Source: Acutalibacter sp. (GTDB lineage: Bacteria > Bacillota > Clostridia > Oscillospirales > Acutalibacteraceae). Taken from it: 64,000 bases of DNA. This document shows, piece after piece, positions 34,506 through 41,710 of this stretch. The notes under the pieces were generated by a model. That model had not been told where the DNA came from and ran no database searches. It worked only from the letters and a program-made list of their open reading frames with translations. The stretch is taken from the NCBI GenBank assembly GCA_020025775.1, contig JAHHRN010000006.1:55475-119474 (forward strand). The letters are read 5' to 3'. The stretch's first letter is position 1. Each line of letters starts with the position of its first letter. The position numbers and the translations under genes are program-made.

Positions 34506-35408
34506 TTATAGGTTCGTTGGAAATTTTCTGCCCTGCTCCACGTCATCCTCGCGAAATGCCTTGTGAATCGCGTTGAGCACCCGCTTTTTGTCGCCGCTCC
34601 AAAGGGGCGCTAAGAGGTCGCGTTTGGCGCCGTCTCCCGTTAAGCGATGAATCACCATTTCACGCGGGAGATTTTCTACACAAAGCTCCAAGGCTTTAAC
34701 ATATTCCTCTAAACTCATGGTCGGGACTTTCCCCGCCCGCCAATCTTTTTCTAAATCCGTACCGCGCAGAACGTGCAAAAGATGCAGTTTGATGCCGTCC
34801 GCACCGCTTCGCCCGATATAGCGAGAGGTCTCTGCCATTCTTTCCGGCGTTTCCCCCGGTAATCCCAAAATTTGGTGCACGATTACGGTAATGCCACGGT
34901 TTTTCAGCTTTTGCACCGCTTCATCAAATACCGAAAGCGGATAGCCGCGGCGAATATACTTTGCTGTGTCTTCGTGTATTGTTTGCAGTCCCAGCTCCAC
35001 CCACACAGGCTTTTGCTTATTACAGACTTCGAGCAAATCGAGAATATCCTCGCCCAAACAATCGGGTCTTGTCGCTACAGAAAGTGCCACCACGTCCGCG
35101 GGCTGCATCGCCGCGGTAAAGAGCGGCTCTAAATAGCTGACGGGCGCAAAGGTGTTGGTAAAGGACTGAAAATAGGCAATGTATTTTGCCTCGCCCTTGA
35201 TTTTAGAAGCCACCTTTTCTTTCGCCTGGCACAGCTGTTCTTCTATGGTGCCCGTTGCGGCGAAAGCCCCTGCGCCGTCGCAGAAAATACAGCCGTGCTT
35301 ACCGTCTCTGTCCCGGTTCGGACAGCCGCACCCCGAAGAAAGCGCGAGCTTATAGACCTTACAGCCATATTGCGCTTTTAAATTCTCGTTTAATAAATTT
35401 AAATACAA
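34506..35408 (-). CDS. Radical SAM protein, TIGR01212 (YhcC-like) family
   Basis: 300 aa. Cys cluster CGCPNRDRDGKHGCIFC near the N-terminus. The overall pattern ...YIAYFQSFTNT...RPD...GLQT is typical of TIGR01212. No SPASM domain. Confidence 0.7.
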   Translation of the reverse strand: MYLNLLNENLKAQYGCKVYKLALSSGCGCPNRDRDGKHGCIFCDGAGAFAATGTIEEQLCQAKEKVASKIKGEAKYIAYFQSFTNTFAPVSYLEPLFTAAMQPADVVALSVATRPDCLGEDILDLLEVCNKQKPVWVELGLQTIHEDTAKYIRRGYPLSVFDEAVQKLKNRGITVIVHQILGLPGETPERMAETSRYIGRSGADGIKLHLLHVLRGTDLEKDWRAGKVPTMSLEEYVKALELCVENLPREMVIHRLTGDGAKRDLLAPLWSGDKKRVLNAIHKAFREDDVEQGRKFPTNL

Positions 35409-35422
35409 AATGTTTCTCCGTT

Positions 35423-35836
35423 CTAAATCAGCACGCCGTTGCAGTGGTCGATTTCGTGCTGGATAATCTGTGCCGTGAAGCCCTCGTAGGTTTTAAGGCG
35501 CGTTTTCAGCTCCGCCGTTTGATACTGCACCTTAATTTTCTTGTAGCGTTTGGTTTTGCGGGGATTGCCGAGGAGTGAAAGGCATCCCTCTTCGGTTTCA
35601 TATGGCTCGCTTTTCTTGATAATTTCGGGATTGAACATCGTTTCGAGTTTTGCGCCGTCATAAAAACAGATGATACATTTTTTCTGCCCAATCATGTTCG
35701 CCGCCATGCCGACGCAGGTTTCTCTGTGCGCTTCAAGGGTATCTTTTAAATCTACGGCAACTATAGCATCCGCCGCTGTCGCCCGTTCGGATTTTTGACC
35801 CAGAAAAATGGGGTCGTGCATCAGTTCTTTTACCAT
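35423..35836 (-). CDS. Short peptide-deformylase-family protein (divergent motif 1)
   Basis: EGCLS and QHEIDH motifs are present. Motif 1 reads CVGMAANMIG, where canonical PDF has G-x-G-L-A-A-x-Q. Confidence 0.75.
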   Translation of the reverse strand: MVKELMHDPIFLGQKSERATAADAIVAVDLKDTLEAHRETCVGMAANMIGQKKCIICFYDGAKLETMFNPEIIKKSEPYETEEGCLSLLGNPRKTKRYKKIKVQYQTAELKTRLKTYEGFTAQIIQHEIDHCNGVLI

Positions 35837-35848
35837 ATTGTTTCCTCT

Positions 35849-36235
35849 TTAGGTTTCATCTAAATAGATTTCCACTTTGTAGACTTTTTCCTGCGATACC
35901 GTTTGAAATGCTTCGCTTTCAAGAACATAGCGAAAGAAATTCTCTACATCGTCCTCTTCCCAAAACGACTCCTGATAAGCGCTGTTGGCTTCGCTTGGCA
36001 GATACAGAACATCCAAATGAATCTGCATAAATTCTTCATCCTCATTCGGATTTTGGCGTACCAAGGAAAAGTAGAAAAGCGGTTCGCCTGTAAAGTCATA
36101 AGTGCCTGTTTCAAAGAGGAACATATCTTCCTCCATCGGAATTTTCGTCATCTCCCGGAAAACGTGAATCATATCCCGAAGAGACATATCTTTTTGAATA
36201 TTTTCTTTTAAATAGGAAATAGCCTTTTGTTGCAT
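35849..36235 (-). CDS. Hypothetical acidic cytoplasmic protein (128 aa)
   Basis: ORF tightly packed between the macro-domain and deformylase genes (5- and 12-nt gaps). No motif I recognise. Very acidic. Confidence 0.5.
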   Translation of the reverse strand: MQQKAISYLKENIQKDMSLRDMIHVFREMTKIPMEEDMFLFETGTYDFTGEPLFYFSLVRQNPNEDEEFMQIHLDVLYLPSEANSAYQESFWEEDDVENFFRYVLESEAFQTVSQEKVYKVEIYLDET

Positions 36236-36240
36236 CTAAA

Positions 36241-36738
36241 TTACGCCTCCAATATCGTTTGTGCTAAATGATAGGTTTCTGCATCATAAAGCACCAAAAA
36301 AATCTCCATGTCGTTTTCTTTTAAAAATTCGATGATTTCTTTTGCCGCAATGCGAATCGCTTCGGCTTTCGGATAACCGTACACCCCTGCGGAAATAAGC
36401 GGAAAAGCGAGACTGTGAAACCCTTGTTCTTTTGCAAGGTGCAGAGAATTTCGGTAGGCAGAAGAGAGCAATTCTTCTTCGCCGCATTTGCCGTTTCGGT
36501 AAATGGGACCCACGGTGTGAATCACATATTTTGCCGGAAGTTTATAGCCCTTTGTGAGCTTTGCTTCACCGGTTGCACAGCCGCCGAGTGTTTTACATTC
36601 CGCAAGAAGCTCACGCCCTGCCGCCGCATGAATCGCACCGTCTACGCCGCCACCGCCGAGCAAAGTACAGTTCGCCGCATTGACAATGGCATCCACGGAA
36701 AGCTTCGTAATATCGCCCTTTAAAAGCTTAAAAGCCAT
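36241..36738 (-). CDS. Macro-domain protein (O-acetyl-ADP-ribose deacetylase / ADP-ribose-binding, YmdB-like)
   Basis: [34 protein letters not shown]...VIHTVGPIY...[12 protein letters not shown]. Confidence 0.85.
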   Translation of the reverse strand: MAFKLLKGDITKLSVDAIVNAANCTLLGGGGVDGAIHAAAGRELLAECKTLGGCATGEAKLTKGYKLPAKYVIHTVGPIYRNGKCGEEELLSSAYRNSLHLAKEQGFHSLAFPLISAGVYGYPKAEAIRIAAKEIIEFLKENDMEIFLVLYDAETYHLAQTILEA

Positions 36739-36905
36739 AGCTTTATCCCCTTTCCTTTTTCTATCCAGTAGTGTAACAATATTTTTCTATTTCTGCAAGT
36801 CCTTTCGAAAAAGAAAAAAAGATTGCATTTTGTGAAAAAGCCATGTATAATTGAAAGGTCGTCAGATATTTTTTGTGCAGAAAGATAAGGAGGAAGGTAG
36901 AAGCC

Positions 36906-37565
36906 ATGATGGAAGGCGCTGTTTTTGACGTGGACGGCACACTTTTAGACTCCATTTACATTTGGGAAAATATCGCCGAGGGCTATCTTCTCGATTTGGG
37001 GATTCAGCCGAAGCCCGATTTGCAGGAGGTTTTTAAAACCCTCAGCTTAGAAGAAGCCGCAAACTATTACAGAGACGAATACGGTGTTCCCTTTTCTGTG
37101 GAAGAAATTATGGCGGATGTGAACCGAAAAATCGAAAAAGGCTATTTTGAAGAGGTCAGCCTAAAACCGCACGTGCGAGAGTTTTTAGACTATTTAAAGG
37201 CACAAAACGTGCACATGGCGATTGCCACAGCAACGGATGATTATCTCGTAAAGGCTGCACTAAAGCGCTGTGGCGTTTTAGAGTATTTTGAAGCCATTTA
37301 TACCTGCACCATGGTAAACAGCGGCAAAAGCCGACCGGATGTTTACCGCGCGGCGCTCGAAGCCATTGGCACCGAAAAAGCAAAAACCGTAGTCTTTGAG
37401 GATGTGCTTTACACGGTGGAAACCGCCAAAAAGGACGGCTTTTTGACCTGTGCCGTGCGAGATGACCACGAGCCAAGGCAAACAGAAATGGCGGCACTTG
37501 CCGATTTTTATTTAACCGATTACGGCGATATAGAAGGCTTTTCGGCTTTCGCCCGCGCTGTATAA
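36906..37565 (+). CDS. HAD-superfamily hydrolase (subfamily IA)
   Basis: MMEGAVFDVDGTLLDS (DxDGT motif), ...ATATD..., VVFEDVLYTVETAKKDG. AAGGAGG RBS upstream of ATG 36906. Confidence 0.75.
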   Translation: MMEGAVFDVDGTLLDSIYIWENIAEGYLLDLGIQPKPDLQEVFKTLSLEEAANYYRDEYGVPFSVEEIMADVNRKIEKGYFEEVSLKPHVREFLDYLKAQNVHMAIATATDDYLVKAALKRCGVLEYFEAIYTCTMVNSGKSRPDVYRAALEAIGTEKAKTVVFEDVLYTVETAKKDGFLTCAVRDDHEPRQTEMAALADFYLTDYGDIEGFSAFARAV

Positions 37566-37691
37566 TATAATCTCCGAAGAATCCCAAAATCTCCCCTGTT
37601 TTCGAGAGATGCTTAAAAGAGAGGCAAAAGCTTCTCTTCAATACATACTTTAAAAAATTTATTTTCATCATAGATTAAGGAGGATTTTCCA

Positions 37692-40082
37692 ATGGCACAG
37701 CTTTTTGACCACTTGATTGTAAAAACAGATGCAAAAGCGTTCGAGGGCAACACCTACACCGAAGCGCCGCTGCGTCTCACGGTGATCACCCCGCGGCTTT
37801 TACGCATTGAGGTATCCGCTTCGGGTCAATTTACGGATGCGCCGACACAGAGCTTTTTAAAACGAAATCTCGGTGAAGTCAGCTTCACCCACCAGCACAA
37901 GGGCAATTTGCTTTGCATCAACACGGGCAAGGTTTTATTTGCGGTGCATGCCCAAACCGGAGCACTCCAATATGTTGTGCTCAACGGCAAAAAAATCCAC
38001 CCGAATCCGATGCACAACTTAAAGGGTACGGCGCGCACCTTGGATGCTGCTTACGGTGCGGTTCCCTTAAAGGACGGCGTACTCTCCTCGGATGGTGTGG
38101 CAATTTTGGATGACAGCAATGCCTTGCTCTTAAAAAAGGACGGTACTTTGGAAAAACGTCCCGAAAAGCAAAAGGACAAATACATTTTCGCTTACGGCAA
38201 GGATTATATCGGCGCTTTGCAGGATTTTTACCGCATTACAGGCGAAGTACCGCTGATTCCGCGTTACAGCCTCGGCAACTGGTGGAGCCGCTACAAGGCC
38301 TACACGCAGGAAGAATATATCGACGTTATGCGTGCGTTTAAAGCCCATGACGTTCCACTGAGCGTGGCTACCATTGATATGGACTGGCACTGGGTAAATC
38401 TCAAGGATAAATTCGGTAAAGATAACTGCACCTCCGAGCGTGGCGGCACAAACGGCTGGACGGGTTATTCCTGGAACACCGATTTGTTCCCCGACCACTG
38501 TGCCTTTTTGGATTACCTCCACAAAGAGAAATTAAAAACCTCGGTCAACCTGCATCCGGCAGACGGCATCCGCTTTTTTGAAGATTGCTATGAGGAAACC
38601 GCCAAAGCCATGGGCATTGACCCGAATACAAAGGCACCCGTGCCCTTTGATATGACCGACCCGCAGTTTGTAAACACCTATTTTGAGAAGGTACATAGAC
38701 CCTTGGAGGACGAGGGCGTAGACTTCTGGTGGATTGACTGGCAGCAGGGCACAAAGAGCCGCTTAGAGGGCTTAGACCCGCTTTGGCTTTTGAACCACTA
38801 CCACACCTTAGACAGCGGCAGAAGCAATCGCCGTCCGCTCATTCTTTCCCGTTATGCAGAAATCGGCTCGCACCGCTATCCTTTAGGCTTTTCGGGCGAC
38901 ACCGTGATGAGCTGGCGTTCCTTAAACTTCCAGCCCTACTTCACCGTAACTGCCTCCAACTGCGGCTATACTTGGTGGAGTCATGACATCGGCGGTCATA
39001 TGCTGGGCGTACATGACGATGAATTATATGTGCGCTGGCTGCAATTCGGTGTATTCTCGCCGATTATGCGCCTGCACTCCACCTCTCATGATTTATTCGG
39101 CAAAGAACCGTGGCGTTATTCCTACGAAGCAGAACATATTTCCGAGGATTACATGCGTCTGCGCCATCAGCTCGTTCCCTATCTTTACACCATGAACGCA
39201 CGCACCCACAAAGAAGGCCGTGCGCTTTGCGAGCCGCTTTACTATGAGTGCCCCAACGAAAAAGGCGCTTATGCTTGCAAAAACGGCTATAAATTCGGCA
39301 CAGAGCTTTTGGTTTGCCCCGTTACCAGCAAAATGGACGCACACACCAAAACCGCTATCACAAAGGTATATTTACCCAAGGGCAGATGGACAAATCTCTG
39401 CACAGGCCGCATTTATACCGGCGGTCAAACCGTACACGTCAGCTCCGAGTTGCATGAAAACGGCGTATTCTTAAAGGCCGGTGCGATTGTGCCCCTTTCT
39501 TTGGATAAGGGCAACGGCGTAGACAACCCCAAAAAGCTCGGCTTGCTTCTTTCGCGCGGTAACAACAGCTTCACCTTATATGAGGATGACGGCGAAACCA
39601 AGGCTTATGAAAACGGCGAAGTTTCCGAAACCGTATTCACCCTTTCCGAAAACGGCAACAGCTTGCATTTGAGCATCAGCGGCACAAAGGAAGCTTCCTA
39701 TCTCCCGAAGAAGAGAAGCTACACCCTCTTCCTGCGCGATGTTCGTTCGGCAGAAAATCTCCACTGCACCGTAGACGGCAAGGAGATTTCAGCAAAAATG
39801 GAATCCACCGATTACGGTCTGACAGTCACCCTGCCGCAAATGGCGATCGATTCCAAAGTGGAAATCACCTTAGACGGCGTAAAGGCACTCGAGAACCCGC
39901 CTTACACAGAGGAAATCCTGCGTATCTTTACCAAATACAACTGCACGAATCTCACCAAAATGGCGGTTTACCAGAGCTTCAAGGCAGTCAAGAGCAAACA
40001 GACAGCTTTGGCCCTCGCTTACAAGCTGCCGCACACAGCACTGAGAGCAGAGCTTTTAGAGGTTCTGCACGATATGATGTAA
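37692..40082 (+). CDS. Glycoside hydrolase family 31 protein
   Basis: 796 aa. ATIDMDWHW, VDFWWIDWQQG (nucleophile region), WWSHDIGGH, RLHS...EPW. No signal peptide. Confidence 0.8.
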   Translation: MAQLFDHLIVKTDAKAFEGNTYTEAPLRLTVITPRLLRIEVSASGQFTDAPTQSFLKRNLGEVSFTHQHKGNLLCINTGKVLFAVHAQTGALQYVVLNGKKIHPNPMHNLKGTARTLDAAYGAVPLKDGVLSSDGVAILDDSNALLLKKDGTLEKRPEKQKDKYIFAYGKDYIGALQDFYRITGEVPLIPRYSLGNWWSRYKAYTQEEYIDVMRAFKAHDVPLSVATIDMDWHWVNLKDKFGKDNCTSERGGTNGWTGYSWNTDLFPDHCAFLDYLHKEKLKTSVNLHPADGIRFFEDCYEETAKAMGIDPNTKAPVPFDMTDPQFVNTYFEKVHRPLEDEGVDFWWIDWQQGTKSRLEGLDPLWLLNHYHTLDSGRSNRRPLILSRYAEIGSHRYPLGFSGDTVMSWRSLNFQPYFTVTASNCGYTWWSHDIGGHMLGVHDDELYVRWLQFGVFSPIMRLHSTSHDLFGKEPWRYSYEAEHISEDYMRLRHQLVPYLYTMNARTHKEGRALCEPLYYECPNEKGAYACKNGYKFGTELLVCPVTSKMDAHTKTAITKVYLPKGRWTNLCTGRIYTGGQTVHVSSELHENGVFLKAGAIVPLSLDKGNGVDNPKKLGLLLSRGNNSFTLYEDDGETKAYENGEVSETVFTLSENGNSLHLSISGTKEASYLPKKRSYTLFLRDVRSAENLHCTVDGKEISAKMESTDYGLTVTLPQMAIDSKVEITLDGVKALENPPYTEEILRIFTKYNCTNLTKMAVYQSFKAVKSKQTALALAYKLPHTALRAELLEVLHDMM

Positions 40083-40092
40083 TTTTAAAGCA

Positions 40093-40132
40093 AAAAAATC
40101 CCTCTCTCACACTCGAGAGAGGGATTTTTTTG
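40093..40132. terminator. Bidirectional terminator
   Basis: AAAAAAATCCCTCTCTC-ACACTC-GAGAGAGGGATTTTTTT. Confidence 0.85.
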
Positions 40133-40139
40133 CTTTATT

Positions 40140-41645
40140 TTATTTAGAAAGGTCTACTCTAAAGAGACGAAGCTCATCGTTATATTCAACCTTGCCGATT
40201 TCAGCAATGATATAATACATGCCGTCCTCGGAAATATCGCCTATCGCATAGCCACTTGCGCCCGCATAAAGCTGTGTGGTCCTAAAGCTTTCGCCCTTAT
40301 CCTCGGAAACAGCATAAGAAAGATTCGCACGTACCTTGTAGCTATCGGCATAAGCACAGTAAACTTTGCCGTCATAGCAGGCAACAGAAGACTGCACCGA
40401 CGGGGTGCGAAGTTCACTTTCATAAGCAGGCTTTACAAAGGTTTCACCGCTATCATTAGAATAGGCAAATCTTAAATGTCCGTTTCGCGGGAAGGAAGCC
40501 ATACTGCCGCTGCGAAATACCATGAAAAGCTCGTTATCCGAAAGAAGGTCCAAATCCGCTTCGGCACCATCCGCAGTAAGCGCACCAAGCGTAAATGTAC
40601 CGTTTTTCGCATTCAAAACCGCATTGCCCTCTTTACAGCGAATCGGGAAAGCAAAGCTACCGTCCGGAAGGCATACACCCTTTGCAGGCCCTATACCAAT
40701 AGCCATATGTAGTTTTTCCGTCACGTTGACGATATGCTCTTTATCCCAGTCTATAGCACCGTTTTCGAGGAGCTTGCCTTCCATATAATAGGAAGTTAGG
40801 CGATAATTTTCGGAGGCTTTTCCCGCCGAAAAAAGCACCCCTATCGTTCTTGTTTCGGGATTATAAGCCGGTGTGGGGTCGGCGATTCTGCCTACTTCGC
40901 CAAGGAAATCCTGCGGTTTTAAGGCAACACGAATCTCGGAAAAGCTTTCTGCACCGTCTAAAGAAATTTTATAAACCATTTCGCTGTCGCTCATGTCTTT
41001 GGCGGTGTTACATCTGGCTTCGGCAAAAACCATCACGGCATCCTTGCCGTTTTCGCCCTCGTTTTCTAATAAAAGCAAGGTTGGAATGCGGTAGGTCGAA
41101 TACTCGCCCTCCCCTTTTGCAAAAACAACTTTTGTATAAACATCTTCGTTAAATTTCGCATAATCCTGCGTTTTTGCCCAAAAAACATTGATAAGGAAAA
41201 TGCCTAAGAAAGCAACCGCCACGAGGCTCAATGCCTTGGTGTTGGTCTTTTTGAAAAGTTCTAAAACCGTTGCCACTCCATAAGTGAATAGGAAAAGCGC
41301 AAAGCAAATGATAGGCGGTGCAAAAATTGAAAACGGCTGGAAGTGGTCGACAATCAGCTGAAAAACAAGCACATAAATCCCTAAAAGGAGTGCTAAACCT
41401 GCGCTCACGGTGTTTAAGATTTTGGTTTTCTTTTCGTTTTCACGCTTTGTCAAAAACGCATAAACCACCGCACCCGTCATAAGAAGTAAAAACACCACAA
41501 AGAATGCCACAGTAAGCGGAAAATGATTGAATAATTCCTGATTAATATAAAGGTAAATGCTGCTACCTACCCAAGCGGACAAAACCGCCACAACAAGGCA
41601 GATTTTTTCAAAAAGATTTAAAGCAAACTCCCTTTTTGTTTTCAT
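40140..41645 (-). CDS. Exo-alpha-sialidase (GH33) fused to an N-terminal five-TM membrane domain
   Basis: YRIP motif (STYRIPTLLLL), AEAR, and three Asp-boxes (SLDGAESF, SNDSGETF, SEDKGESF). About 170 N-terminal residues form five hydrophobic helices. I place the start at MKTKREF (ATG 41645, AGGGGA RBS), which removes the overlap with the GH3 gene. Confidence 0.8.
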   Translation of the reverse strand: MKTKREFALNLFEKICLVVAVLSAWVGSSIYLYINQELFNHFPLTVAFFVVFLLLMTGAVVYAFLTKRENEKKTKILNTVSAGLALLLGIYVLVFQLIVDHFQPFSIFAPPIICFALFLFTYGVATVLELFKKTNTKALSLVAVAFLGIFLINVFWAKTQDYAKFNEDVYTKVVFAKGEGEYSTYRIPTLLLLENEGENGKDAVMVFAEARCNTAKDMSDSEMVYKISLDGAESFSEIRVALKPQDFLGEVGRIADPTPAYNPETRTIGVLFSAGKASENYRLTSYYMEGKLLENGAIDWDKEHIVNVTEKLHMAIGIGPAKGVCLPDGSFAFPIRCKEGNAVLNAKNGTFTLGALTADGAEADLDLLSDNELFMVFRSGSMASFPRNGHLRFAYSNDSGETFVKPAYESELRTPSVQSSVACYDGKVYCAYADSYKVRANLSYAVSEDKGESFRTTQLYAGASGYAIGDISEDGMYYIIAEIGKVEYNDELRLFRVDLSK

Positions 41646-41710
41646 CGTTTCCCCTACTTTCAAAAAGCACCCGTCATTACGCCGAGTGCTTTTTTCTTTC
41701 TCTTTTAAAT

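Noticed and set aside
34506-35408. Radical-SAM gene as the anaerobic sulfatase-maturating enzyme for the neighbouring sulfatase
   Set aside because: It is only 300 aa, has the N-terminal cluster pattern of the TIGR01212/YhcC family and no SPASM-type C-terminal Cys clusters. It is separated from the sulfatase operon by a terminator and about 350 bp, and belongs to the macro/def operon.
37156-37671. 171-aa minus-strand ORF opposite the HAD hydrolase, and the 120-aa ORF at 48487-48849 opposite the PRPP synthetase start
   Set aside because: These are Arg-rich or low-complexity antisense translations. The plus-strand genes have catalytic motifs and RBSs.
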